From Octopus vulgaris (taxonomy: Eukaryota): a DNA stretch of 64,000 bases. The notes under the pieces were generated by a model that worked only from the letters and a program-made list of their open reading frames with translations, was not told the DNA's origin and ran no database searches. The position numbers were made by a program, and so were the translations under genes. The stretch is from NCBI GenBank assembly GCA_951406725.2, contig OX597817.1:68386001-68450000 (forward strand), read 5' to 3'. Shown here piece by piece: positions 27,051 through 42,060 of this stretch (position 1 is the stretch's first letter; each line of letters starts with the position of its first letter).

Positions 27051-27420
27051 TTTTATCTTGCTCTTCTTTCAGTCATTATAATGTGGCCATGCTGGAACAC
27101 AGCTTTGAACAATCTTAGTCAAATGAATCGATCCCCGTACATTTTTTAAAGCCTGGTAGTTAATTTATTGATCTCTTTCGCCGAACCGGTAGCTTATGGG
27201 GACGTAAACACTCTAAAACCGGTTGTGAAGCGGTGGGAGACAAACACACGCGCACACACACGAACACATACACAAACATATATATGTACGACATGCTTCT
27301 TTCACTCTCAAGGATCTGGTCAGCCCGAGGCTATAGTAGAAAACACTTGCTCGAGGTGCCTCGCTGTGAGACTAAACCTGGAACCATGTGGTTGGGAGAC
27401 ATTCTTACCACACAGCCACG

Positions 27421-27423
<3 letters not shown>
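27051..27423 (-). mobile_element. tRNA-derived SINE (family A), near full length
   Basis: Minus-strand head gcgtggctgtgtggtaaga..ccaaccacatggttccaggtttagtc (A/B-box-like), central body, internal (GT)n, tail gtgttccagcatggccac..tgactgaaa. Confidence 0.85.
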
Positions 27424-27494
<71 letters not shown>

Positions 27495-27498
27495 ATAT

Positions 27499-27542
<44 letters not shown>

Positions 27543-27576
27543 CATAAAAGGGATCCATATAATGGTCTCTCATATT

Positions 27577-27630
<54 letters not shown>

Positions 27631-28128
27631 GTATATATATTCATATATATATATATATTTATGTATATATATATTTATATTTATATATATATATATATAA
27701 ATATGCATGTATATATATATATATATATGTATAATATACACAAACATATGTATAAACATATCTACACACATACAAACACACACGCACACATATATTTACG
27801 TATATGCATATGCATACAGATACATATTTGCATATGCGTATACGCTGATATTTGTACTTTCGTGTAGTTGAAGCTTATCATTGACTTCCACTATTTTTCG
27901 TTTGAGTCAAGGCATGGATTTGTGAATATCTGAGCGGGTTATTGTAAATATATGCGTAGGTGGTATGCATTCATACACTTGTACTAGTGTAATGAATGTA
28001 CATGTCTCTTTTATATGCAACTCTATGTGTATTTGCTTGTATGTATAAAAATAATCGCTTGTATATTTTTATTTCAGGAAACTAAATCAAGTATCTTCGG
28101 ATTGCTTTAGAAGTCTTCTCTCTCTATG

Positions 28129-28180
<52 letters not shown>

Positions 28181-28253
28181 CACACATACATATAAATATA
28201 TTTATATGTATGTGCACGCACGGACACACACACACACATACAAATATATATAC

Positions 28254-28311
<58 letters not shown>

Positions 28312-29139
28312 TATATAAAGAAAATGAGAGCGAGAGAAAAAGAAGAGAGAGAGAGAGAGAGAGATGTTTATTTTGTGTGTGTTTATTGTTATCTGAGGTT
28401 CTTTGAATCCAAGCCGGTCAATAATAGTGTGACAAAACTAGTTTGTATGATTGAAGAGAAGCCAAAAGATTAGTGAGATAAAGTATACATGCAAGGTGAG
28501 GAACGTGCGAATGCTGTTGCAGTCATGTAATGGATATGTACTTATGTGATTTCGTATTCACTCAAGGAAGCTGAAATAGAGAATCTTTCAAATGTTCTCA
28601 TAATCTTATGTATACGATTAAAGCTTAATCTGAACGATTAAACTGGGAAGACACGATTAAAATAGTATCGCACCTGTATCACACCCGTTGCGTTTGCACC
28701 GAGTTGTTTCTTATTGGAATCACCAATATGCCTTACTTTCAAAAGTGTGATTACATTTAACTTCAAATGTATTTTTTGTATGATCGTTAAGATAATTCTG
28801 CCAGCAGATAACATAAACAGTCTTGGCAATAATGTCATGTGTCACAAGAAATTAGTATTTTGTAAATATATTTATGCAGCTGATTATGTTGCTGACATCT
28901 TCAACACTGATATGGTACAACTAATATTTTCTGTTCTAACGTGGAAGCTTAGGTGTATTCTTATATCATTCATTGATCGTATATTCATAGTAATTATCTA
29001 CTCCACCTGGATAACAGTGGTATATGCTAGATAGTTATGATATCTATCATAAATCCAAGAGCGGCTACTCTCCCTATCAATGTTGGTAGTATATTTTAGC
29101 TACAGGATATGTAACTATGCATAACTTTCTACTGATATG

Positions 29140-29600
29140 AAGAAAATTTTTCCTCCAAATAGGCCTGTCCAGCCACTCTTGGTTCACATAGAACAGCTGG
29201 ATTTCCTGTTCAGGAGTTCTTGTTCTACTCCCAGGCTGTTACTATTTTTGCTGTCGAGTATTCATCTGATGTACACATTTCTGCCTTTCTTGTTCAGTAG
29301 ATATCATCTGAGTGATACAACGTGACACTGAAAGACTGTTTAGACTGACCTCCATGACTCCATTTAACATAGATCCTGTCAGTGCCACTGATGTTGCTGC
29401 CAGTTACCAATAGGTGCTAGTATTCCTCGTGACATGAAGTCCAATTAGCATATCTTTTCAAGTGTTCAGTCTAATATCCTAATGTTGGCATTTGCAGTAG
29501 TACTGAAAAGCTTATTGGGATTTGGCCTTATTGAATGCAGACAGTTTTGACTTCCATATCTTCTGAAGGTTGCTGAAGTTTTCATTTAACTCTTTAGCAA
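29140..29600 (-). mobile_element. Highly decayed RTE-like LINE 3' relic
   Basis: Only short motifs on the minus strand (LQKIWKSKLS..K, KLFSTT, LDRPIWRK); weak. Confidence 0.35.
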
Positions 29601-31204
29601 AACAGTATTGATATCCTATGCTAAAAAATAGTAAAAAAGTAATTAAAAACATTGGAATATGCTTTATATCGTGAGGAAGAAGAGCGGTACAAGGTTTCGG
29701 ACACTAGTCCTCCAGAAAAAGAGACAGAGACAGAGACAGAGACAGAGAGACAGACAGAATAGAAAGTGAGAGAGAGATAGAGAACTACTCTTGTGGGTGA
29801 CTGTTCTCTCATTGGCTCAAAACCAATTGGGAATATATTGATATATCGTGTGAGATAAAATGAAGGCGGACTAACATTACAAGCCGATGTCTCTGGTTAG
29901 AAAAGGAGTCAGAATAAGACTTGTGAAAGATCGCAGACGTAATCAAACGGAATTCAAAGTATCAATTGTAAATAAGACGGGAGACAATAATGAAACATAG
30001 ACTAGGATGACGGTGGAGTAATGTTGAGAGAGGAGATAGTGAAATGACTTTAAGAAACTGCTCTGGGTGTCCTTAATTACTTAGGTTAGCTAATATTTTG
30101 GATATTGTATATGAAAATGGGGAATCCTCTTTTTAACAACGTCAAATCGGATGCTATTCCGTTTTTATTTTGGCTCTGAGTTCAAATCTCGTCAGGGTCT
30201 ACCTAAGTGGTAGACTTTATCTATCACCCAGTTTAAGACGACCATCTAGCGTCTTCGTTGCCTTTAATGGTGTCCATTCTTGCAAACATTTGGGCTAAGC
30301 GTCTGGTTTGATGATACTTCGCTCCCATAAATCTCCTAGGCCCTGTGTAAAATCAAAAGCACTGCGTTCTCTCTTGACTAATATAGAAACAAAACTAGGA
30401 AGCTTCTGTATGGTAGTATGGCCTGCTAGAAATAGCAAGCAAATCACATTCAAATTATACATTATTTAGTGGAAAGCTGTCGAAAAGCCTTTTTAGGGTG
30501 GTAAGCTTAATCCGTCACACAGTTTAACACCATGAAGTGATGTTCTTTTGTATTTAGTGGAATCCATACCATTGAAAGCTTTCGCACTATGATTCCCATC
30601 TTAAGATAATTTTCTCCATCTCATTAGTTTAGGAGACCCTGAAAGGTATCATAGGTGCTACATTTCTTCCTCTGACTAAGCGGTGAAATAAAAATAAAAA
30701 TAAAGACTCATTGGGTAACATGGTCCCGTATAGCCTTAAAAGTACGGAATGGTTACAGATAAGATGCTTTTGGTCATATGCTCGAACAGAATTCACGCAG
30801 GACTAAAAATGAAATATATAAAAACTCATGGAAATTTTTAAAGTGGTAAAGTTTGCATTGTATCATTTGCAGCAAAACTAGAACAAGTACTAGAGGAAAA
30901 CAAAAGGAGCCTACGGCAGTAATCAATGAACAGGTCAAAAGAATGTTATAAAATATCTGGATAAACACAGACAAATAATTGAATAATAAAGAATTAGATA
31001 CTAATAATGTATATATGTATATGTGTGCGTGTATTTGTGTGTGTGTTTGTGTGCATTAGTGTATTGCTTTAAAACTGACCCTACCAAAAGACAATATTTA
31101 CAATATAATAGACGATTTCAGATAAACATCTTGCCAAATATATTACAATATATATATTCGTTATTTTACATCACAACACGCATTTAACCGGATAAAGTTA
31201 TTTT

Positions 31205-31257
<53 letters not shown>

Positions 31258-32072
31258 ACTTTTCTTTTTCTAACTTTTCGCCATTCAAATCTTATCTTCA
31301 TTCATATCAAGTGAGGAAATATAAGAGTAGGAATGTAGAAATGGTATAACATTAGATTAAAAGCAAACAATAAAACAATCTTAAGTGTGAACAAGTTTTC
31401 TTTTTTGTATTATTATATTATTTTTCTAATAATATCTCCTTTTATATTTAGCAAAACACTGTTCGATATGTCAGGCTTTTGATATCACATCTGAAATCTT
31501 AAAAACTAATACCATACTAAATAAGATTGAATGAGTTTTCCCAAAAGTGTTCACAAATTAATATCTCTGCACGTCGCCCAGACAGGAAAACCAAATGGTT
31601 TTAGCTATTTTGTATTTTTTCCTTAAAAATATCATATTCTGGTTTTCTTTTAAATCAGTCAGAATTATTCACTCGTCACCGTCTTTAGCAGAGCCTATAC
31701 ACAAGAGAAAGAAAAAAAAACGTTTATAAAGAGCAATGGCAATATATTAAAAAGGAATATTTTTATTTAACCACAGAATATTCCAGTTTGAAAAGAATAT
31801 GGCAGATGTGAGGTCATGTGATGGAGAAAAGAATTATAAGCATTGCTTATCAACAGTAAATTAAGCTCTAGAATTTTTCTTTCAGATTCAGGTCTTTACA
31901 AAATTGGAATCAATAAATACGTAGCTGATATTGTTTTGTAGTTAACAGGGTAATTATTTTACAGTCGGCTGTCATATGTGGTTGAATGATTCAAAATGTT
32001 AAATTTTCAGTTATTGATCATTACAAAATTTAGAAAAAATATTGAAAAGAAAAAGAGAGATGGGTGTGTACA

Positions 32073-32250
32073 TGCAGTTATGGCCATATGGCTAAAGAAT
32101 TCACTTTGAAATTAGGTTGTATTGGGTTCAGTCCTGCTGTGTGATACTTTGGGCAACGATCACCTACAAAAGCCTTGGTTTGACCAACACCTTGTGTTAA
32201 AAATTTAGTGTACTAGAACCGCGTGAAAAGCTGCCAAGTATGTATGTATA
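32073..32250 (+). mobile_element. Old SINE 5' half (family A-related)
   Basis: atggccatatggctaaagaattcacttt..gggttcagtcc..ctttgggcaa..agccttgg..gaccaacaccttgtg. Confidence 0.65.
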
Positions 32251-32290
32251 GATGTACATATACATGTACATATATACATATATATAAATA

Positions 32291-32447
32291 TGGCTGGCTG
32301 GTAGAAAGCTTGCTTCCCAAACACATGGTTCTGAGTTCTACACCACCAAGTGGCTTCTTAGGCAGGTGACTTCTAATATATTCTCGAGTGGACCAAAGCC
32401 GTGTGAGTGGATTTGGTAGAAAGAAACTGAAAGAAGCCGATCGTATA
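32291..32447 (+). mobile_element. SINE 5' half (family A), truncated at the satellite
   Basis: tggctggctggtagaaagcttgcttcccaaacacatggttctgagttc..gaccaaagccgtgtgagtggatttggtaga..gaaactgaaagaagcc. Confidence 0.8.
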
Positions 32448-32448
32448 T

Positions 32449-35400
32449 CACACATTTTCATCAAACAGTTCCATCGGACATTTTCAGCGAACATTTTCAA
32501 CAAACATTTTCATCAATCATTTTCATCAGACATTTTCATCAAAATTTTCATCAAACATTTTTAATCGTTTTCATCAAACATTTTCTTCAATCATTTTTAT
32601 CAAACATTTTCATTAAACATTTTCATCAAGGTTTTTCATCAAACATTTTCATCACACATTTTTATCAAACATTTCCATGAAACATTTTCATCAAACATTT
32701 TTTAATCGTTTTCATCAAGAATTTCCATCAAAAATTTTCATGAAACATTTTTAATCAAACATTTTCGTCAAACGTTTTCATCAAACATCTTCCTCAAACA
32801 TTTTCTTGAAATATTTTCATCAAACATTTACATCAAACATTTCCATTAAACATTTTTAATCGTTTTCATCAAAAAATACATCAGATATTTTCATCAAACA
32901 TTTTCAGCAAATATATTCATCACCGATTTTCAATCGTTTTCATCATACACTTTCATCAAGTATTTTCATAAAACATTTTCATCGAACATTTCCATCAAAC
33001 ATTTTCATCAAACATTTTCGTCAATCAATTTCATCAAACATTTTCATCAAACATTTTCATCTAAGAATTTCATGAAACATTTTTAATCGCTTTCCGCAAA
33101 TATTTTCATCAAACATTTTCCTCGAAAATTTTCCATCAAACATTTTCATCACATATAAGCATCAAGCATTTAGAATTTTTTCATCAAACATTTAAATCAC
33201 AGAATATCTTCAGATATTTTTCCTCTAATATTTTCAGCAATTATTTTCATCAAATATTATTTTCATCACCGATTTTCAATCGTTTTCATCATACACTTTC
33301 ATCAAGTATTTTCATTAAACATTTTCATGGAGCATTTTCATCCAACATTTCTAATCTTTTTCAATAAATATTTTCATCAAACATTTTCATCAAACATTTT
33401 CATTAAATATTTTCATTAAACATTTTCATCACACATTTTCTTCAAATATTTCCATGAAACATTTTCATCAAACATTTTAAATCGTTTTCATCAAACATTT
33501 CCATAAAAAATTATCATGAAACATTTTTAATCTTTTTCATCAAACATTTTCCTCAAACATTTTCTTGAAATACTTTCATCAAACCTTTACATCAAACATT
33601 ACCATCAAACATTTTTAATCGTTTTCATTAAAAAATACATCAGATATTTTCATCAAACATTTTCGTCAAATATATTCATCACTGATTTTCAATCGTTTTC
33701 ATCATACACTTTCATCAAGTATTTTCATAAAACATTTTCATCGAACATTTTCATCAAACATTTTCGTCAATCAATTTCATCAAACATTTTCATCAAACAT
33801 TTTCATCTAAGATTTTCATCAAACATTTTTAATCGTTTTCCGCAAATATTTTCATCAAATATTTTCATCAAAGATTTTCACGAAACATTTTCATCAAACA
33901 TATTTAATCGTTTTCATCAATAATTTTTAAAAGCTTACAACAAACATGTTCATCAAACATTTTCCTCAAAAATTTTCATCAAACATTTTCCACACATATA
34001 GGCATTAAACATTTTCATCAAACATTTAGAATGTTTTCATCAAACATTTAAATCACAGAATGTCTTCAGATATTTTTCCTCTAATATTTTCAGCAATTAT
34101 TTTCATCAAATATATTCATCACCGATTTTCAATCGTTTTCATCAGACACTTTCATCAAGTATTTTCATAAAACATTTTCATCGAACATTTTCATCAAATT
34201 TTTTCATCAAACATTTTCTTCAAACATTTTTATCCAACGTTTTAAATAGTTTTTATCAAATATGCCATCAAATATTTTAAGCATACATCTTACTCATTTT
34301 CATCAAACAAATTTAATTGCTTTCATCAAATATTTTTAATCGTTTTCATCAAACATTTTCATCATTCATCAGACACTTTCATCAAGTATTTTCATAAAAC
34401 ATTTTCATCGAACATTTTCATCAAATTTTTTCATCAAACATTTTCTTCAAACATTTTTATCCAACGTTTTAAATAGTTTTTATCAAACATGCCATCAAAT
34501 GTTTTAAGCATACATCTTACTCATTTTCATCAAACATTTTCATCAAACATTTTCATCAAACATATTTAATCGCTTTCATCAAACATTTTTAATCGTTTTC
34601 ATCAAACATTTTCATCAAAACATTTAAATAGGTTTTATTAAACATTTCATCAAACATATTCATCAAACATTTTCATGAAACATTTTCATCACACATTTTC
34701 ATCAAAAACATTTATGAAACATTTTAAATCTTTTTCATCAAACCAAACATTTTCATCAAACATTTTCATTAAATATTTTCATTAAACATTTTCATCACAC
34801 ATTTTCTTCAAATATTTCCATGAAACATTTTCATCAAACATTTTAAATCGTTTTCATCAAACATTTCCATAAAAAATTATCATGAAACATTTTTAATCTT
34901 TTTCATCAAACATTTTCCTCAAACATTTTCTTGAAATACTTTCATCAAACCTTTACATCAAACATTACCATCAAACATTTTTAATCGTTTTCATTAAAAA
35001 ATACATCAGATATTTTCATCAAACATTTTCGTCAAATATATTCATCACTGATTTTCAATCGTTTTCATCATACACTTTCATCAAGTATTTTCATAAAACA
35101 TTTTCATCGAACATTTCCATCAAACATTTTCATCAAACATTTTCGTCAATCAATTTCATCAAACATTTTCATCAAACATTTTCATCTAAGAATTTCATGA
35201 AACATTTTTAATCGCTTTCCGCAAATATTTTCATCAAACATTTTCCTCGAAAATTTTCCATCAAACATTTTCATCACATATAAGCATCAAGCATTTAGAA
35301 TTTTTTCATCAAACATTTAAATCACAGAATATCTTCAGATATTTTTCCTCTAATATTTTCAGCAATTATTTTCATCAAATATTATTTTCATCACCGATTT

Positions 35401-38400
35401 TCAATCGTTTTCATCATACACTTTCATCAAGTATTTTCATTAAACATTTTCATGGAGCATTTTCATCCAACATTTCTAATCTTTTTCAATAAATATTTTC
35501 ATCAAACATTTTCATCAAACATTTTCATTAAATATTTTCATTAAACATTTTCATCACACATTTTCTTCAAATATTTCCATGAAACATTTTCATCAAACAT
35601 TTTAAATCGTTTTCATCAAACATTTCCATAAAAAATTATCATGAAACATTTTTAATCTTTTTCATCAAACATTTTCCTCAAACATTTTCTTGAAATACTT
35701 TCATCAAACCTTTACATCAAACATTACCATCAAACATTTTTAATCGTTTTCATTAAAAAATACATCAGATATTTTCATCAAACATTTTCGTCAAATATAT
35801 TCATCACTGATTTTCAATCGTTTTCATCATACACTTTCATCAAGTATTTTCATAAAACATTTTCATCGAACATTTTCATCAAACATTTTCGTCAATCAAT
35901 TTCATCAAACATTTTCATCAAACATTTTCATCTAAGATTTTCATCAAACATTTTTAATCGTTTTCCGCAAATATTTTCATCAAATATTTTCATCAAAGAT
36001 TTTCACGAAACATTTTCATCAAACATATTTAATCGTTTTCATCAATAATTTTTAAAAGCTTACAACAAACATGTTCATCAAACATTTTCCTCAAAAATTT
36101 TCATCAAACATTTTCCACACATATAGGCATTAAACATTTTCATCAAACATTTAGAATGTTTTCATCAAACATTTAAATCACAGAATGTCTTCAGATATTT
36201 TTCCTCTAATATTTTCAGCAATTATTTTCATCAAATATATTCATCACCGATTTTCAATCGTTTTCATCAGACACTTTCATCAAGTATTTTCATAAAACAT
36301 TTTCATCGAACATTTTCATCAAATTTTTTCATCAAACATTTTCTTCAAACATTTTTATCCAACGTTTTAAATAGTTTTTATCAAATATGCCATCAAATAT
36401 TTTAAGCATACATCTTACTCATTTTCATCAAACAAATTTAATTGCTTTCATCAAATATTTTTAATCGTTTTCATCAAACATTTTCATCATTCATCAGACA
36501 CTTTCATCAAGTATTTTCATAAAACATTTTCATCGAACATTTTCATCAAATTTTTTCATCAAACATTTTCTTCAAACATTTTTATCCAACGTTTTAAATA
36601 GTTTTTATCAAACATGCCATCAAATGTTTTAAGCATACATCTTACTCATTTTCATCAAACATTTTCATCAAACATTTTCATCAAACATATTTAATCGCTT
36701 TCATCAAACATTTTTAATCGTTTTCATCAAACATTTTCATCAAAACATTTAAATAGGTTTTATTAAACATTTCATCAAACATATTCATCAAACATTTTCA
36801 TGAAACATTTTCATCACACATTTTCATCAAAAACATTTATGAAACATTTTAAATCTTTTTCATCAAACCAAACATTTTCATCAAACATTTCCATCAAACA
36901 TTTTTAATCGTTTTCATCAAACATTTTCATCAAACATTGAAATAATTTAATCAAAAATTTACATCAAGCATTTCCATGGAACATTTTTAATCGTTTTCAT
37001 AAAAAATAGATATTTTCACCAAACATTTTCATCAAACATTTTTAATCATTTTCATCAAACATTTTCATAAAACATTTTCTTCAAGCATTTAATAGTTTTT
37101 ATCAAACATTTCATCAAACATATTCATCAAACACTTTCATCAAACATCTTCATCAAACATTATTAATCATTTTCATCAAACATTTTCATAAAACATTTTC
37201 TTCAAGCATTTTTATCAAACATTTTAATAGTTTTTATCAAACATTTCATCAAACATTTTCATCGAACATAATTTATCGTTTTCCTCAAACATTTTCATCA
37301 AAAACTTTCATGAAGCATTTAAAATTTTTTTCCTCAAACATTTTCCTCAAACATTTTCATCAAACAATTTCATCAAACATTTTCCTCCAAAACTTTTTAT
37401 CAAACATTTTCATCAGACATATTCATGAAACATTTTCATCACATATAGGCATCAAATATTTTCATCAAACATTTAGAATTTTTTCATCAAACATTTAAAT
37501 CACAGAATGCTCTAATATTTTCAGCAATTATTTTCATCAAATATATTCATCACCGATTTTCAATCGTTTTCATCATACACTTTCATCAAGGATTTTCATA
37601 AAACATTTTCATCGAATATTTTCATTTTCATCTAACATTTCTAATCTTTTTCTACAAATATTTTCATCAAACATTTTCATGAAACATTTTCTTCCAACAT
37701 TTTTAATCGTTTTCATCAAATATTTTTATCAAACATTTTAAATCGTTTTCATCAAACATTTTCATCAAACATTTTCAGCATACATCTTACTAATTTGCAT
37801 CAAACATATTCATCGAACATTTTCATCAGTCATTTTCATCAAACATTTAAAATCGTTTTCATCTAACATTTTCATCAACGTTTTCACCAAACATTTCCAT
37901 CAAACATATTCATCAAACATATCCATGAAACATTTTCATCAAACATAATTTATCGTTTTCATCAAACGCTTTCATCCAAAATTTTCATGAAACATTTTTA
38001 ATCTTTTACACCAAACATTTTCATAAAACATTTTCATGAAACATCTTCATCAAACATTTTCATCAAACATTTTCAATCATTTTTATCAAACATTTTCATC
38101 AAACCTTTTTAATCGTCCACATCGAACATTTTCATGAAAACATTTTCATCAAACATTTTTATCGTTTTCATCAGACATTTTCATCAAATATTTTCATGAA
38201 ACATATTCATCATACACGTTCATCAAACATTTTCATTAAACATGTTCATCATGCATTTTTATCAGACATTTTTAATCGTGTTCATCAAATATTTTCATCA
38301 AACATTTTCATCTAGCATCTTCATTCAACCTTCTCGTCAAACACCTTTAACATTTTCATGAAAACTTTTAAGCAAACATTTTCATAAAAGATTTTGGGGA

Positions 38401-39372
38401 AATATTCCAATCAGCAATTTTCATCAAACACTTTCATCAAACATCTTCACTAAACATTTTAATGAAACATTTTGATCAAACATTTTGATCGAACATTTTC
38501 ATCAAACATTTTCATGAAACATCTTCATACAGTTTCCTATTACATTTTCATTAAACATTTTCATCAATAATTTTCATCAATCATTTTCGTCAGACATTTT
38601 CATGAAACCTTGTAATTTGAAATTTTCCTCTAATATTTACTTCAAACCTTCTTATCCGTCATTTTCATCATGTTCATTGGATTTCATCAAACATTTTCTA
38701 CAAACATTTTCATCAAAGGTTTTTATCAAACATTTTAATCATTTTCATCAGACATTTTCATGAAACATTTTCATCAAACATATTCATCACACATTTTGAG
38801 CAGATATTTTCATCAAACATTTTCATCAGACATTTTCATTAAACATTTTCACCAAACATTTGGAACAAACATTTTCATCAGCTAATTTCGTCAAATATTT
38901 TCATCATATTTTTATCCGATATTTTCATCATTTTCAATCGAACATTTTCATCATTTTCATCGAACATTTTTATCAACATATTCATCAACTATTTTCTTCA
39001 AATACTCTCATCAAACATTTTCATCGGACATTTTCATTAAACATTTTCACCAAATATTTTCATCAAACATTTTCATCAAACACTTTAATCGGACATTTTC
39101 CTTAAACATTTCCATCAACTATTTTCATCAAACATATTTCCCAGGCATTCTTAACAATTTTAATTGTTTTCATCAAACCTTTTCATCAAATATTTTCATC
39201 AGACATTTTCAACAAACATTTTCCTGGTTCATTTTCATCAGACAATTTCATCAACTATTATTATCAAACATATTTATCAGGCATTGTCAAAATTTTCAAT
39301 AATTTTCGTCAAACATTTTCATCAGACATTTTCATCAAACATTTTCAAGCGTTTTCATCCAATATTTTCATT
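32449..39372. repeat. About 6.9-kb satellite of a 13-bp unit AAACATTTTCATC with higher-order duplications
   Basis: Monomer directly visible; unique variants recur at an offset of 2125 bp (33201/35326, 33933/36058, 34741/36866). Confidence 0.97.
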
Positions 39373-39699
39373 AATTCCTGGTTATGTGAAGGAGGGAGGT
39401 AACTATTTACGAAGTAACTTTCAGAAATTGAATGTTTTCCTTGCATCCTCAGCGAGTAATCCGCTAAACGTTTTTCATATTTTTAAAATATTGATATCAA
39501 TTGACATTTTTTGTCAATATTCAATTATTAACAAAACTATGTCATCTCAGTTCATTGTATGTATTTCTTAAATTTTCCTGTGATATTGATATTATTTACC
39601 TTTTTTCATTGAAATTTCATTATTAATGTACAATTGTCATCTTATTTCATTACATCATATTTCTTGACTTAATGTCTCCAAAGAGATCCTCCATTGGTT

Positions 39700-40060
39700 G
39701 AAAATTTATCACAATCTTAATTGGCTCTGTGAAAGATCAATACTGGCTTCAAAAAACAGCACTGTAAGTAAAATAAAGGAACAGCTGCGGCAGTACCTTC
39801 CTGAAAGTCCTGTTTTATAGGCCAGTGGATACAATCCAAGTTCCAGAGAAGTAGCAAATTATGCAACAGAATTTCTCAATTTATTGGAGCCTCCAGGACT
39901 ACTTCCCCGTCGATTGTAACTCCAGTAATGTTATTGAGGGATTTGGATCCACCAACACTCTGCAATGGGACACATCTGGTGGTAAAGAAGGTTATGCACA
40001 TCGTATTGAGGCCACTATTCTCTCTGGATGTGGAAAAGTTTCTATACCACAGCAATCAAA
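39700..40060 (+). pseudogene. PIF1-family helicase fragment, Helitron RepHel type
   Basis: From 39722: WLCERSILASKNSTVSKIKEQLRQYLP, then across frameshifts YATEFLNLLEPPGLL, PVMLLRDLDPPTLCNGTHLVVKK, IEATILSGCGK. Confidence 0.85.
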
Positions 40061-40204
40061 GGTCACCAGTGACTCAGTCATGATTAGTTTCTTGTATATT
40101 TAAAGGAATGGAAGCAATATTCCTCCTGTTCTCCACATTTTTGTCATCAATCAGATGTCAAAGAAAGCTATAAGGTCAACGAGCATCATGAAAGGATTTA
40201 GCTG

Positions 40205-40803
40205 ACCTTGATATTGCGAACGATAGAAGATACATTTTGTTTGCTACCAACGCCCTGATGCATTACTAAGCAGTGGCTTTCATTGCTTCTGATCTTAACT
40301 AGTTGGAAGTGTTATCGTGTACATTGCTTTGTCGTGATATAAAAGATGGGCTACAGCAAATATTCTACTCAATACCACAGATTTGCTTGTCTGTTGCTTG
40401 ACCATAACCGGTTCAGCATGTCCCTTAGTGGCTGACAATATGTGTATCTCTGATCACGAGCAGAAGTAGTGGGGGAGTATCATAGCCATGTTTTGAGAGG
40501 AATTCTTTGCGGTTTGGATAATTCACCTTTAGAAATATGGGTGCTTTGTTCATCATCCTTAACCATTTATTCAGGGACCTTTTGAGTGGAATGGGCAACT
40601 CGACCTGAAGAAAATTTTAACTGGGCTCCACCTGCAAGGTCATGCGCTGTTTATCTTGATATGAGATCACTATGTCGCGCACATATGGTTGTGTTGCATG
40701 TGCCTGGTGTACCCTTATCTGATGGGTAGTCATGTTGGGTATACTGGGCTTCGTATTTTACACCAGTGTCACTTTGATGGCATTCACTGCTCTCTCACTC
40801 AAT
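40205..40803. repeat. Interspersed repeat, longer inverted copy of the family at 18179-18496
   Basis: Reverse-complement similarity over about 320 bp; the left boundary is approximate. Confidence 0.75.
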
Positions 40804-40811
40804 AAAGATAA

Positions 40812-42060
40812 AATCTATTGGTCACCGGGGCCTACATATAGGGGACAATACAGTAGACGGGGACAGTGGGGATGTTACACAAAACAACGAGTAAACAATT
40901 AGGAAAACAATAACAATACACATTAAACAAGAAAATTATACCAATGATAAATCCCCAATAGGGGGGATAACCACCCAGACCTCACGTACCCCACCAATCC
41001 CGAACCACCGAATGTTTCGAGGGTACTTGGGAAGGGTGTCCCTGTCCTCCTCAAATTCACCAACCTACAGCCGCATTTTTAGAGTAGACCCACTCACATG
41101 AGCCATTTTCGCTACATTCACCCACCTTTCATCAAATGTATTGGGAGGTATCACTTCTCTCCCTACACTCATCTTCCTTTCCAAGTAAAATTTGAAAAAG
41201 TTGATTTGGGAATGGCCGAAGAGAAAAGTGTCTGTCTTCAGTCCTTTCAACCTGGTCCACCATACAACCACTTTCGCTATTGCAACCAAACAGAGGAAAA
41301 TTGCCGGCCCTTCCTGGCCAAAGGAAAGCGGCGAGTCGATAGCCGGATCCAACCTACACGCAACGACAGCAGCTCAACATAACTCCACAAGTCAGTAATT
41401 CACAGAAACTGGACGTGTTCGTGCAGAATGGTTTCGTAGCTCTGCGTGCATCCCGGGCAGGTCCGTCTGACGGCACTTCTGTGCCTGTAGAGTTTATCTC
41501 CCCGGTAGCACTGCGAAGCGAGGGATTCCTGAAAGTTATTCATCGTCCCGGTTCAGAAGTCCTCCGGAACAGATTGGTCAGTTTGGCTCCATCGACACAC
41601 AGAATCTTCCCGCGCGCATCATCGCACTTTCCTACAACTAACCCTCTAGAGTGTAGATGTTCCACTGACCGATTTTCCAGCCTGGTAGATGGCGGTGTGT
41701 ACCTGGAAAATTTCCAGAAGCCAGTCACCCTGTCTAGGTCTCTGCTTGACCCAAGACTTCTGCTCAGTCAAGGAGATGAGCTTGGGAAGGGTCTGTTTGA
41801 ATAATGGTGATCACACCTGTTCACCTTTTAGGCAGAATATCTGGAGAGGGCGCAGCCTCAGCGCATGTCTACGCATTATTAGCTACGGTATGCCTAGCTC
41901 TCCATGTAGAGGGTGCTGGCAGTAAACGGGCCGCCTCACCAATGGAACCTGTCCTCTCCACAAGAATTTGAAGAGGAGACGCTCCAACTTGGTGAGGCGC
42001 GAACGGGGGCAAGGCACGACGGTCAGGCGGTAGTAGATGACGGACGCGTTGTAGTCGTTT
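40812..42060 (-). mobile_element. L1/Tx1-clade LINE 3' portion, decayed
   Basis: GC-richer block. Minus strand gives a CCHC-like knuckle RTCPGCTQSYET..H...C..ITDLW, then LVAIAKVVVWWTR...FDERWVNVAK, a short 3' UTR and a degenerate polyA signal near 40815. Confidence 0.7.

Noticed and set aside
28060-28120. Splice-acceptor-like tttttatttcag followed by a short open stretch
   Set aside because: No recognisable protein or matching donor; such motifs are common by chance in AT-rich DNA.
32449-39372. CRISPR-like array or coding repeat (FHQTFSSNIF ORFs)
   Set aside because: No unique spacers, eukaryotic context, and a 13-bp unit does not keep frame; it is satellite DNA.
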